Assembly: GCA_013265495.1 (NCBI GenBank) | Contig: MU057648.1 | Coordinates: forward strand, 1 to 64,000 | Direction of reading: 5' to 3' | DNA length: 64,000 nt | From: Vicugna vicugna | Lineage: Eukaryota | Shown here: positions 25,421-38,894 of the stretch, piece by piece | How the letters are laid out: each line of letters starts with the position of its first letter | How positions within the stretch are numbered: position 1 is the stretch's first letter | Program-made: the position numbers and the translations under genes | Notes under the pieces: model-generated | Told to the model about the DNA's origin: nothing | Database searches by the model: none | The model's input: only the letters and a program-made list of their open reading frames with translations

Positions 25421-28400
25421 GCCACAGATGTACGTTTATTGGCACAGTATGTCCACAACATGTTGAATTTAAAGAGCCAATATGGGGAATTTCCCCACTG
25501 ATGTGAAATTGTATACCTAGATCTAAATGCAAACACATGCGTAAAGAAATGTTTCGAATGCTGTTCAATAAAGACGTAACAATGATCAATTCTAAGTTAG
25601 TAGATTTGGGGTGATTTTTTCCCCCTTTGGTTCATTTTCCAGTATGGTTTGCACTTTCCTTTTTCCATTTAGTCTTCACAAAACAGTAAAGATTTTTTCT
25701 TAAAAGGCAAAGATGTTTAGGAATACTCTTTTCCCCTCCAGCATTCTGACAGAATGGTCCTGGAAAATGGCACATTCCTAACAAAAGCCCCCTGGCTAGC
25801 TTGACTCCTGGGGACTTACTCAGTAATAATGCCCTCCACAGTGGCCATCTCCCGATGGAGGACACCTCTGCCACTGAGGACAGCCCCAACAGTCAGCCCT
25901 GCAGCTGCTCCTGTACACATTCATCTGGCCTTGCAGCCACCCCCTGAGGTCAACTGGGCCAGGACTGGGACTGTCCCTACTTCTGAGATGAGAAAGGGAA
26001 AGCCCAGGGACCTGCCCCACGAGGACCCTTCCTGCTCTCAGGAGCCACCCCCCAGGGGGTTAGGACCTGGCTGCTGGGTGCTGGGCCCTCTGTGCTCAGG
26101 AGATGAGATCACTACACAATGATCCTGCACAACTCAGATACCTGCACTGTCATTCACAGCTGCGTCTCCAGCCCCTACATGAGATCATGTGAACATCAGC
26201 AGCGGGAGGGATCAACAGAGTAACCACTGCTGGATGGTCCACTGCAAAGGACACAGCTGCTCTCGCTGTGGTCTCTCCAGCTTAGCTGCCCAAAGTCACA
26301 TGAAATCCCTCCTGACCACTCATGCTCCTGGTAATGCCCTTTGGAAGAACTTGCTCTTCAAATTTGGCTCTGTGAGGACCCCCCAAATTTATCTGAACGA
26401 CCTAGAGGTTCTGTACCCAAAGCGTATGGACCAAAGGGGTCACGGTGCCTGTGGCCAAAGCACCAGGCACCCACTTCTCACACTCATCCTCTCACTCATT
26501 CTCTCCCTCTCACTCATTCTCTCCCCCTCCCTCCATCACTTCCTCCATTCACCCAATAGTCCCTGCACACCAAACATACGGACACAATGTTCCTCCTGCC
26601 TCTGGGCACTAAGGGCTGGCACATGGGTACAGCCTTGATTCTTCCCATGTGAGAAGAGACCCAGGATGTGGTGGCCCCTAGAGACCACTGTCACCTAACA
26701 CAGGCAAGTGCCAACCCAGGCCAAGGTCTGGGAAGCCTTCCAGGGCGAAGAAGCAACAAAGCGTAAGCCTTTGGAATCTGATAATTACAAAGGTAAGGGC
26801 TATTATGCCTGTTAGTTACAAAGGAAGTAATCAGTAATCAGGATAACTGTCCTGGCAGGAAAATGATGCTTAAAGCATCTTAATGGTAAGAATGCATCAA
26901 ATGTAGACAAGTCACCTTTTTGTCTACTCTTTTTGGTCTAATGACTCTGATCTACTAATCCTCTTAAGAAGACTGCCTCCAACACAAACACATCAGAGTA
27001 TCTATTTTTCTACTGAAATAAGGGGGCCACCTCTGGGCCGGCTCTTGGGCTTAGCTGGCAGGCAGAGGGTCCTGTGGGAAGAGGCGAGGTCAGAACAAAC
27101 ACTGCCCTTGCTGCAAAAATCCAACTCAGCTTCTCCAAGAGCCGAACATCAATCTGCTCGAATTCTGTACACACACTCGAACTCTGCTGGTGACCCAGTT
27201 ACCCTGGGCGGCTGCAGCTAGCACTGATTTCTACGAGTCCAGGTCCCTCGGGGGTAAGCCGCTGCCATCTGTATGGGTCACAGGATCACATCTAAATCCA
27301 AACTGCCAATGCCTCTTACACAACATAATACCATCACTTCGCTAAGTTCCTTTCTGGTGGCTCTTGCCTCTTTGCTAATGTGGATATTTGAGAACTGACT
27401 CCAACCCATGCCCCACACTTTACCCTGCAGGCCCCCAGCAAGGCCGAGCCAGGAGAAGGTCTCCATCTGTCCAAATTCCTGTGCTCTGTGCCAGGTCTCG
27501 CTTCTCTGAGAAGAGCCAGAATTCCCTCCCAGCTGAGGGTGATAACTTCCCCTTTGGTTTCTTTGGACTCGGAATAAAGCTCAGCCTTCTCTGCTGGAAG
27601 CGCACATGTGTCTCCCTTTCTCAGGCCCCACACTCCTTTTTCTCGCTCCCTCATATTCTCGAGGTTACCTGGGAGAGTACAGGTTCCTTTAAACAAACCT
27701 CAGTCAAAAGCATTGTCAGTTTTTCAGATGTGATCAAAGTACCTTGAATATGTCAAATAAGGAATCCTTGTCTTTTAAAGCTACATCCTGAAATATTGAC
27801 AAAAATTCACAATGACACAGGATTAGGGTGGAGACGCAGAAACAAGACCAAGGTGGTAACTGGTGACAGGTACGTGCGGGTTCCTGAGACTTCTGTCCGC
27901 TTCTTTTTATGTCTTAAATTTTCCATAACAACAAAAGGTTAAAAAAAAAAACCCATCCCTGGGGGTTCTGCAGCATCCTTGAGTCCAACTGTGCTATCTA
28001 AGGCTTTTACCTGCACCTCCTTCAACTGACACATGTCCTGAGCAGCAACTCCACACAAGGTGCTGCTGAAGACACAAAGGAGAAGCAACTGGCCTGCCTA
28101 CCCTGGGCCCTTCACGCCCACCCAAGTTAGAGAGAAATTACTCAGGGTTTGTATGTGTGTGTGCGAGTGTATGTGTGTGTTGTTTAATCCATTCCAGTCA
28201 ATGTTTCACTAACTTAACGAGCTCACAAGAGACCTCATTACACCTTCTGCCCAGATGGGTGGATGGGGCTTCACCTCCCTGGGACCAAGGGATCTGGGGT
28301 TTAACAGCTTGAATGTGGCTACGTTTCTCCTTTGTCCTGAGACAAGCACACCCCTGTCCCCACACAGCTGCTGGGGACTGAGGATGGAGGAGGTGGCCAC

Positions 28401-29329
28401 AGGAGAAGCCACCACGTCTCAGGACTTGCAGGCATTCTCTGAGGACAAAGGAACAGTACCCTCCAACAAGTCAGTAACCCCGCATTTCAGGAAGCCATTC
28501 CATCAAATGGGAGGAACGCTGAGTGGACCAAGGCAAGATCACCATTCCCCCAGGTCATATGTATCCCGGCACAAAGGCAGCTGGTTTTCCAGGAGCTGTT
28601 TCCAGAGCCAGAACACACCCTACCCCATGCTCCCCAGGGGTTTACTTCCACCTCAGGGACCACAGCCAGTAAGGACAGCAGGAGAGCCTTCCAAGTCCTA
28701 CCTTTTAGAGGATTTTCATTTTGAACTCATAGGACGGCAGGCTGCCCAGATGTTCTTTAGGATCAGCGCCTCGGGCTACCAGCCACCCAAGTCCCCCTTA
28801 CCCCCCTGCTCAAACGCCAGCCTCAGTTGCTCTGAGGGCAGAATCTGGGCTGCCTGGCATCATTCCAAGTGCCTGGCTGTGATATCAGAATAGGGCTATG
28901 ACATCAATGTGGGGGGTAGGGCAGCCTGGGGGAGTAGGCCAGGACAGAGGGAGCCCTGAGGGGCTGGATTAGCCCCCCTGGAAGTAAGGCCCGAGACAGA
29001 GAGGTGGCAGCTCTGGGTTCACTTCTTAGAGCCTCCTGGAGCCCCCACTGGGAGGTGGACCTGAAGACCTTCTAAAAAAATGGTTCACAAGCACTGAGAG
29101 GGATGTTGTAAGCCTGCCGACCTGCTGGCACTTGCTAAGACATGGATTTATGAGCAAAGTCAGCAAACTAACCGTCCTTTAGCTCCCCCCTGTGTCCAGT
29201 GAAAGGATACTCTATTTTCTGAATGAGAGGCTCAACTTCAGACCCCACCTATCCAGTGAGTCAGGAGCAGAGCCCCCACGTGGGCTAAGCATCAAGGCCC
29301 CCAGGATGCAGCTGTTAAATTAAACACAA

Positions 29330-29490
29330 GGAGATAAAATACAAGATGCCCTTTACATCTGAATTACAATGAACAAAGTTCAGTATATGTCCAAATGGCT
29401 GCATGGAACACAAGTATACTAAAACATTGTTGTGTATTTGAAGTTCAAATTAAACTGGGTAACCTGTATTTTTATTTGCTAAGTCTGGCG
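29330..29490. mobile_element. MER3/MER33-like hAT-Charlie fragment
   Basis: gataaaatacaagatgcc...aagttcaaattaaactgggt...ttttatttgctaagtctggc. Confidence 0.6.
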
Positions 29491-32210
29491 ATCCGAACCA
29501 AGGGAGATCTTTTTTTAATGCAGGTGCCCCCCACCACCGCCCCCAGCCCTCAAGTGTTGCTTTCATTCACTCAGACTTACTGGGGCAGGGGGACCTGGGA
29601 ACTTGTATTATTTTAAAGCTGTCCAGGTGACTTTTACCAATAACTACAGCTGACTTTCCTCGAGCATTTGCCAAGCCATGTGCGCAGTTCGTTTCATGCA
29701 TTGTCTGAGTCCTCAGAGCACCTCCAAGGGGTGGTTCTATTACGAAGCCCATTCTTTAGAGGACAGAATGAGGCAACAGACAGCAAGCCCCTTGTCCATG
29801 GTCACACAGATACTCAGGGAGCCATGGTTTGAACCCAGGCAGGCTGGCTCCCACTGACTTAGAAATCTCTGAATTAGAAGGACACTGGGATGCACATAAT
29901 CGAAGCTTCCAGCGGACTGAGAAGCGGGGAATTGGAGGCTCCGGGAGCCCATGTTCACACTAACTGTTACACTACCACAGGCTAAGCCAGGTGGCAGAAA
30001 GCAAGCATCTAGCCCAGGCAGGGGGCAGCTCAGGGAGGGTTTCCAGAATGGCCTCTCCTTGAAGGGCAAGCAGACCTAAGGGGAAGCAGAAGGTGGGAAG
30101 GGCGTGGGTGTAAGGAAGAGAGTTTGCAGGCAAGAGGGTCAGCATGCAGCTGGCGGGGCAGCAAGACGGTGTGCCAATGAGGAGAGGGGAAGCTGGGCAG
30201 GTCTGGAGGGCAGAGGAGAGCCAAAGCAGAGGCAGAAGTCAAAACTGCAGTTCATTTGCAAATTAACATACAGCCTGTAAGAGAGAGGACTTCTCCTGTT
30301 TGTTCACTTCTAGGTCTCCCAAGTCCAGGCTGGAAAATACTGGAAAGGAAAAAAACTGAACTCACCATCTGTTCTGTGTTCCTTCAAGCTCTGGCCTTCC
30401 CCAATCTGCCTATGGTTAGTTAACTTTCAGGGTGCTTAGACAGCGGCTCCACGCATCCTGTCCAGGTTTTCCAGCTGCACAGAGTGAAGCACTCTTACTT
30501 TATCCTACCCAGCACTGGAATCGCACTGTATTTTAGAAGACCTACGCGGGCTGCTGGAGAGTCTACTGGAAGACTCTCGAGTCTAGACTCCAGGTCAGGT
30601 GGCTGAACCAAGGTGGAGGCCACGCAGATGGAGGGCGGCAGGCAGATGCAAAACTGCTCACGGGCAGTGCTCACAGGCTGTTGTGACGACAGAATGTGAG
30701 AGGCAAGCAGGGCAAGGTCAAGGCTGACACTCAGGTTCACCACTTGGCCAACTGCCAGGTTTGGAAAGTGACCTAAGACCCTGAAGAAGGCAGTGGGCAG
30801 TGGGTCAGGGGAAGAAGCCAGGATAGAGAAGAGGACAGCAGTGGGACCAGGTCCCTAGGGAAGAGGGAGGCAGTGGTCCCCAGGGTTGGGCACTACTTCA
30901 AAGAGGAGAAACATCTTCACTGGAGTCCCACAGGGGCCGATGCAGGGAGACCAGTAAGTCTGATGGCAGAGAGCTGAGGTGGTCTAGGCTATGAAGTTCT
31001 TTTGCTCCGGAAGAGCAAGGAGGAGGGGAGGAGGCAAGATCCTTTGCTGGGTGGTGGGAGGCAGTGGTGAGGATACACAGAGTGATGTGGACTTTAAGAA
31101 CCACTGAGGGATGGGAGAGGAAGCTGGCAGGGGGCCCTCACCAGGGAGCAGGCATTGATAAAGGCCCAGCAGAAGCCCTGGGTTTGAGAGGGTGCTGGTC
31201 TGTCCGGCTAGGAGGGGTTGCCCCAGGACTTGGTTGGGTGACTCAGCAAAGGGCCCAACCACCCCTGCCTGAGGGCAGAATGCGTGGAACTGAAGGGTCT
31301 TCAAAACAGCAGCTGCCTCACTGCCAATAACTGAGTGGCCACCATGCTCTAGTCACCGTGTTAAGCAGTCTGTACCTGATTTAATTGATTCCCTCTTGAC
31401 AACCCTAAGAAGCCTTTATCACTGGACACACTTTAGGGTGAGGAAACAGAGTGGACAAGTGACTTTGCCCCTGTGACTCAGCTAATAAGCGGCACAGCCA
31501 GATTCAAGCACAGGGCAGTCTGGCTCCTGGCTGCCCTGCTGTTTAGTGGAGGACACGTGGGTGTGATGGAAGCTGGACAACCCAGAAGGGACTGAGGGAT
31601 GGACACAGAGCCAGGCCGAGCAAGGAGAGATAAGAAAGAAGGCAGCTGCTGGAGGAGCCAGAGAGGTCAAGAGGGGCCCTGGAAGGGGGGCTGCTGTGGT
31701 GGAAAAGGGCCAGCCTCTGACTCTCAGATCACTGTAGGGTCCACAGGTGGCTGTGGGCAGTGTGGGGAGGACAGGGCCTGGTGAGGTCGGGCTCATGGAG
31801 CCAGATGTCCTTTGTCAAGGTGCAGCTAACGATGTAAGGGTCTGCCAATCAGGGGACAAGGCCTGGAGTTTAAGGACAAGCTCTGTGGCCAAGGGACCCA
31901 GGGGACCTGAGGGCTGAGATGGGTGGAGGGCAATCCCAGCAGGGGCACCAAGATGTCAAGATCTGGATGAATGAATGGCACAGAGAGTCGAAGGCTGGAG
32001 GTGGGCACAGCCCTGCATCTTGGTCCCTTCCCCTTCTCATGGGGTTGGGAGGGTGGGGGACTGCCTAGATGGAAGGTCATTCTCCACTGCGTTCTCTCAG
32101 AAGTACCAGATTCTCATGACCCCACAGGCACCTTAAAAAGGCAGGTAAGTGAGCAAAGGCACAGACACTAGCCAGCCCTACCACAGGACGCCAGGAGGGC
32201 CTCGATCCAG

Positions 32211-32225
32211 CCACCAGGTGGCAGC
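32211..32225 (+). promoter_or_regulatory. CTCF core motif
   Basis: CCACCAGGTGGCAGC matches the consensus CCASYAGRKGGCRS exactly. Confidence 0.5.
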
Positions 32226-32269
32226 TGCAGACACCAGATAAAGCTTTCCACTGACAAAGGACTTTAGAA

Positions 32270-32561
32270 GCTACTTAGCTGGCAAATCATTCAGCCCTGG
32301 GGTTGTTGGACTCATCAGAACATCAGAAAACTCCACGTCCTTCTGTCACCCAGACCCACCGCTGGGAGCAGAAGCATCCCTCCCTTACTCCCCTCCCCGG
32401 GAGAGAAGGCGTCTTCAGAGCACGAGCTCTCGCTTCTCCAAGCCTTGATCAATGAATAAAGCTCCCGCTCGGCTATCCAGAACCAGGTTTAATCTGACTG
32501 GCATTTGCGACTGCAGACAAAGGACTCATCGAGGGGTCACTGACCCACTGGGGATCCATAA
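32270..32561 (+). mobile_element. ERV LTR-like fragment (3' part)
   Basis: AATAAA at ~32455 followed by a U5-like stretch ending ...ataaca. Confidence 0.45.
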
Positions 32562-32654
32562 CACTCCCTCACACGGATTCTTTTAATAACACACGAAAAA
32601 GGGCTTGTGAATCTGAGAATGAGAAAGGCTGGTGAGCGCTGCTGTGTTTGCATT

Positions 32655-33135
32655 TACTGGGTTTAATTTGGTCTTCTTTATCTAGTTCCTTAAGGTGTAA
32701 GGCTTGATTACTGACTTGATGTTTCCCTTCTTTTGAAACATATTTTTTATAGCAATAAACTTCCCTCTGAGCACTGCTTTTGCTGCATCCCATAAATTCT
32801 GGTGTTGTATTTTCATTTTCATTAATCTCAAAGTATTTTCTAATTTCCGTTGTGATTTCACCTTTGAATCAGTGGTCATTTGAGTGTTAATTTTTACATA
32901 CATGTGAATTTTCCAGTGTTTCTTCTGTTACTGATTTCTAGCTTCATTCCGCTGTGGACAGGAAAGACATTTTGAATGATCTCAGCCTTTTAAAATTTAC
33001 TGAAACTTGTTTTTTAGCTTAAAATACAGCCTATCCTGGAGAATGTTCCATAGCACTTGAGAAGAATGTGTGTTCCACTGTCGCTGGGCAGAGTATTCTG
33101 ATATGTCTGTTAAGTCTAGCTGGTTTACAGTACCC
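32655..33135 (-). mobile_element. L1 ORF2 fragment
   Basis: Translates to QNLWDAAKAVLRGKFIA, a conserved L1 ORF2 motif; frameshifted. Confidence 0.85.
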
Positions 33136-34789
33136 AAGAGTTGTAAGCAGTCTGGTTATATGATCAAATTCCCATTTTTAAAGATATCGTTCTGCCTGCT
33201 GTTTGGAGAACTGGCTGCAGGGAGGAGGACAGGAAGGAGGCTTTTGCAGACACCCAGCTAAGGGGACGGCACCTGGATCACCGGGTGGCAGAAAAGCTGG
33301 AGAGTAAGAGATGATTTCAAGAGGTAAGTGGAGTATGAAGTAGGCTTCCTGCCAGATGAGAGGTGGTCCACAGTCTAGGAAGGGACAGACAGGCCAAAGG
33401 ATGACCTACAGGGGTCTGCGTCCTTGACCCAGCTGGCTGCCATTAGCCAGACTCAAGGAGAACCACACCAGGCAGTCTTCCCCTAGGTAGGGGTACCCAA
33501 GGCTGACTCCAAGTGAAAAGCTACAAACCACAACTCTCCAACATCCGCCTGAGAACTGTGGGAGGAGGGCGTTGCCTTGCAGAGAAGCCACCATAAGTGT
33601 TATTTTTAAAGAAATAATCCGGTGGCCCCAACCTTTCTATAAAAGCACAGTATCAGCTTGAAGCCTCCTCCTTCACATACATTAGTTTATTTGTGCTTCA
33701 AAACACCAAAAGGAGAGGAATCTGACCATTTCTCACCAGCACACAGAATGTACTACCTTGAATTATACCTGAATGTCTGTCCCATGTCCTTACCCAGAAG
33801 GCTGACCCTTTGGGAACACAAGACATGTGCTGCACCTCCAGCCTCTGCCCATGCCTAAGGGATGTGAAATGAAGGCAGGTCAGCCTGAGGCTGCTCTCTC
33901 CGGGGTCCCAACCTCTCCCAGAGAAAGCCCACGCTAGCCATCCCTAGGGCTGTCCAGTTGAGTTAAAAAGTACTTCCACGCCAGCCTCAAAGAAACCCTG
34001 CCTGCTGCTTGTCCCAGGAAAACTGATCCAGAATGATGAATCCAGTAAGTGCTACCTGCTACATTATTTTCAGGACGTTCCTAAAAATGAGTTTATTTAT
34101 TTGCTTACTCATTTTACTTAGGAGAAGCTAGTAAGAAGCAGCTAGTTCTTTCATGACCAGCAATGCTCCTGCTCTTGACCAATGGGACTGTCCTGAGTCC
34201 AGCCACACCACTGGCCACATCACTTGCCACAGTAGCTTTCCACAGGCATCCAAACTGAGACCACAGGTCCTGCTGGGGATCTCGGTGCAGCCAGGACCTG
34301 AGATGCCCCCAAATACCCTCCTTCACTGGGAAGTGGAGTGGTACTCTGGGGACCCCTGGCCAAGCTCATCATCACTGCTGACACACCAAGCCACACAAGT
34401 GCTGACCCCAAGGAATTCATCACAGGGGGACCCATGCTCCAAATGGGAGAGACTAAAAGAGAAGGTCCAACTGATATTCAATGACCTTCAACGTGCACTG
34501 AGAAGCTAGCACTAGGGGAGAGACCCCAATGCAGGCGACTGACATCACTAGCTCCATTGTGCGAGAGCTCCTTCCACAGGACTGTCTCCCAAACCAGCCT
34601 AGGAGATAATCCTGGAGACCAGGGGCTGTAACTCCCCTCACCTGGAGCCCTGCCTGCCTAAAAACTACCACACAAGTCTGTGTAAACACACACCTTTTGT
34701 TTATAACTTTCAAAAGATTGTAGCTTCCCAGTGCCCCCTCCCTGTGTGTGGACACAGTTTTCAACCATCAGAAACCTCTGCTGTCACTC

Positions 34790-35340
34790 TGGGTGGGCAA
34801 AGCTCTGACGAGGTTGGCACTCTCATACCGGCTGCAGGCATCTAACGGTGTGACCCCTGTGGGAGGCAACTGCACAATGTCTCTGAATTACAAATGCAGG
34901 GTCCCACTGACCTAGCAACCCCACTTCCTGGGACACACACTTCATTTAATACTTGTACACACACGAAATGAAACGCCAGGTCACTCACCACAGCACAGCC
35001 ACTCATAGCAAATTAAAGAAACAACCTAAATGTCCATCAACAGGCTACAGGCTATGTAAACTAGGGTACAACCATACAAGGAAGTACTGTACTACTGTAG
35101 AAACACGGCGGAAGATTTTTACGTACTTATAGGGAAGAAAAATCCAAGATACATTATTGCTAAATGGAAAAAAAAAAGCAAGGTGGAAGACAGCATTTAT
35201 TTTAAAGTAAGTGCCTACTTGAATATATATGCAACGACACAAGACGCTCTGGTTGCCTAGGGGTGGGAGAACGAGGTGGGCCGCGAGGGTATAAGAGTCA
35301 AGGGCAGGCTTTGCTGCGTATGTTTTTGAAACCATTGGTT
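34790..35340 (+). mobile_element. Old L1 (L1ME-like) 3' fragment
   Basis: tgacctagcaaccccacttcctggg...acaacctaaatgtccatcaacagg...aagatacattattgctaaatggaaaaa. Confidence 0.6.
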
Positions 35341-35877
35341 CATGAATCTTATAAAGACATTACATATTAAAAAATAAACAAATTAAAGTAAAAAATAAAA
35401 TGTCTTGCTCAGGACTTCTGAGCTGACCTTCCATCTTGGCAAAGGCAGCAGCTCTGGTTAAACAGTTTTTAACCTGCAAAATGGACCTCAGAAAAAGTCT
35501 AGCCTGAGGGTCAGGGGTACCACCCCGGTCTCCACCCCAACTGCTGCTGCTGCGGCTGACCCACTGCAGCCTCTGAAGGTTCTGCTGAAGCCCAGGAATC
35601 AGATTTGTGCGAAGAAGGGTGCACACAGCCCAGCCCACCACAAACATTTCCATCCCAAGAACTGCCAGCCACCCCTACACCCCCGCCGACCACCCAACGT
35701 CCTACTGCTGAGGTCGCACGGGGCTGAGTGGGAAGAGTGAACACACACTCCGACCTCCTGGGGTTGGTCTGGACTCACCTGGGTCTACTGGTCACCACTT
35801 CCCCCAAACGCTTTCAATCCCTACTCTCTCCAGACCCACGACCCTGCAGGTCCCCCACCATGTCGAGCACTTGCTAC

Positions 35878-36086
35878 CTGAGTGGCTGCTCATCATGCGG
35901 ACAGCCTTGGCCTTGGCCAGCTCCAGGGCAGTGATCCACTGCTGCCGCTCCACCTCCGAGCCGGCCTTGAGGTGGTAGGTCTTGGCCCCGCTGGTCAGCA
36001 CAATACCGCAAGAGTCCTCCGTGTCAAAGTGCGCGGTGGACAAGTTGATGGTGCCACGGCAGGTGTGGGCCATTTCACCCTGATTT
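35878..36086 (-). CDS. OSBP2: OSBP2 coding exon 2 (rest of the PH domain)
   Basis: Acceptor ttgcatcctacag|A at 36087/36086 completes the phase-2 Arg codon from exon 1. Encodes NQGEMAHTCRGTINLSTAHFDTEDSCGIVLTSGAKTYHLKAGSEVERQQWITALELAKAKAVRMMSSHS. Donor CAG|GTAGCA at 35878/35877; 209 nt, ends in phase 1. Confidence 0.96.
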
Positions 36087-36556
36087 CTGTAGGATGCAAG
36101 AGAAACGATGGGGTGAGGCTCCCAAACTCAGCAGTTCTGGACTGAGAAAAATCTCAAGGACTGAAAATAATCTCAGACCCCTGGAGCTGGCAGAGGCCCT
36201 GGAGTCAGCACGGGGAGATAATACCTATCGGGACTGACCGGTAGAGGCTTGGCTGCACTCAGTGGCAGAGGGAGGAGGGTCAGTGTTGGTGCCCCACGTA
36301 GGGCACAACAGCTGTGGTCTGAGCCTCTGCAGACACCGGGAACTGGAATGGGTGGTTGCTGGGGTCCTGCTAGACAGCGCAGACCTCTGACTCCATCCCA
36401 GACTCTTTCCACAAAGCCTCAGAAACACAGAGTTGGAACAGGGTGGGAACCTGCCACTAAAACTGAGATTAGAGAGCCAGAACCCCAGGGGGAGGACTTG
36501 GAGGTACCCCTGCCAGGAGTAACCTGGGAACCCAGACCCACAGAGCAAGGATGCCA

Positions 36557-37210
36557 CTGAGACAGGAAGGAAGGGGGCAGGGCACAGCCATGAAAGGAAT
36601 GACACAGCAGTTAGCACCAAGGTGGCAGAAAAGTCAACTCCCAATAGACCTGGAGGCCCAAGATGGCTGGAGATTCGACCTCCAGTGGACCTTGAACTTC
36701 ATTACACACCTTGAGTGTCCTGGCCTGGTGAATGACACACCCACAGGCGCCATGACAGATTCAAGGCTAACCATGACAGGTCAAAAAGAGGGTGAAGGCC
36801 CAATTCCTGAGAGTCTCCACCCCTTCCCCAAAGTAGTTGGAATGATTCTCCTACTTATTAGCATATGAAATTACCAAGCCCAGTTGACCCTTGAACAAGG
36901 TGCATAAGTGGGTGGTGGAGGCTGGGGGGTGGAGAAGGAAGCCAGGCCATTCTGTGAAATCAGGTGTGAAATAAAATTCATATTTTATGGCAAGACAAAA
37001 AACATTAAACATAAAAAATTCATCTCTGCCTTTCGGCTTCCTCTCTCCCCTCACTGTGCACTGTGTTTCTGCATTACACACCAACCAAACCTCCCCCATT
37101 GGCAGGAATACCTGGTCAACCATAAAGAGCAACATTCTTCTAGCATCAACTCCTTAAAAGATAACATTCCTTCTTGATCTTGTAAGGGGTCACATGATCC
37201 ACCAGGATGA
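36557..37210. mobile_element. ERV LTR-like pieces with a short Tigger-like end at ~36881
   Basis: tgagacaggaagg...ccaagatggc...cccttccccaaa LTR-like text; cagttgacccttgaacaa resembles the Tigger1 terminus; second LTR-like block ~36950-37210. Confidence 0.5.
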
Positions 37211-38894
37211 GAACTGGAATTAGTGTTAAATTTTTAGGTATGTTAATGTCATTTGGATTTTTTTTTAAGAAACCTTCATCTCTAAAGAGATACATACAAA
37301 TATTTACAGAAATATTTACAAATATTAATTATTACTAAAATTACTTTTAATTTAATTATTAAAATTAAGTTAAAAAGATGCCTGGGACTTACTTTATATT
37401 AAGTGCGGTAAGGGGAGTCCACAGACCGACCTTAAGGTGAGACTTGCTGACACTGGGTGGTGGGGACATCGTCTACTTTCATTGGTAATGTGGGCAAAGG
37501 GAAAGTTGCAGGGTATTCCTCCTGTTCAGGGGATCCATACTTGTCCCTTCCAAACAGGACAGCCTTAAGTGACTGTCAGTGAAAACTGCCACAGTACAAA
37601 ATAAAATCCATTTAAAACCTATCACATTTTAAATTCTTTCCTTTGTATAGTGATGGCCAACAGCAGTGCTGAAGGACTCTGGTGACGAAGGGGGCCCTTG
37701 AGTCCCTGTAAGCCAGCACAGGAATGAGGCTGTGCGCTGAGTGTCTTAGGACCAGAAGGACCGAGATGATGGGTCCCTGGAGCACAGGATCTATTTCGAG
37801 CAGGGTTAGGAGTCTACAGAGAACAATTCAGGATACTTGAACTGATTTGTTTTTTTAAATCATCACACAATCTCTGTAGCTGCAGCCACAATCTACAAGA
37901 TGCCCCAGCAACCTAGATTCTTCCTTTTACAAGTGATCTGTTAGCTTAAAAATTCAGCAGCACTAAAACATACCCCCCAAAAATCCTACAGTAAGCAAAG
38001 GAGAGTCTAAAAAAGAAAATCAGTTACCAAGACAAGTGAAAGACTGAAATACCAGAAATTAGAGGTCAATTGAGGAAACACTGAAGTTGAAATTCAACAT
38101 ACCCAGGACAATTAGAAATTTAAATGTGCAGATTCCAAGTTTACAGATCTGATGGTGAGACGTTATTTATTCAGGAATTCTACTTCTTCTCTTCATGACC
38201 ACAGATATTATAGGCATTGACATTAATAGGAGATGAAATAATCTTACATAAAAGTGACTCCCACCAAGCGTCAGTGGAGGCAGAAACAGCAGCTCAACTC
38301 CTGTCAAACCGTGACAGCAGCCTGCAAAACCAAAGGCCCCAAAGCAAGGCCGTCGCAGACTCCCACGACAGAGGCTGAGTTTAAAACAGCCGTCACCCCT
38401 GCATGGCATGTTCATCCTTCCATTTGGTCAACATGGCAGGCTAGGCATCAGGGTCAGATGGGTGAACAAGACAGATGAGGCCGGGGCTCCCCCAGCATCC
38501 AAGAGTATATGACCATCTGTCTCTCCTCCAACATTTGGACTGAACAAGGGAAGGGCACTGTCAGCAGAGAGGGGTCTTCCCCGTGGCCAGTTTCCTGAAC
38601 TTGGATAGTCCATGGTATGGCTGCCCCAGAAAGATGCCTAAAATATATCTTTCTCATCCTCTGGCAAACCCAGCCCTGCTCCCCACACTGGACCTGTTAA
38701 ACAGGGGTGTGGAGTTAAACAGGAGGTTTTCACTTGTTCAGTGTACACTGCTGGCAAAACCCTCACATTCAAAACATCCCTTTCAGTTATGAAAGAGTTT
38801 ACCAAATGCTTCTGCACCATTTATTTCAAACAGCCAAGTAGGGTATTTACGGATGAAGAAAGCCAGGGTCACAGAGGTTGGGGGCCTCCATCCC

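Noticed and set aside
28255..28893. 212-aa ORF with ATG start
   Set aside because: No recognisable domain, low-information composition, antisense in an intron, no splice or promoter support; BLASTP or PhyloCSF would settle it.
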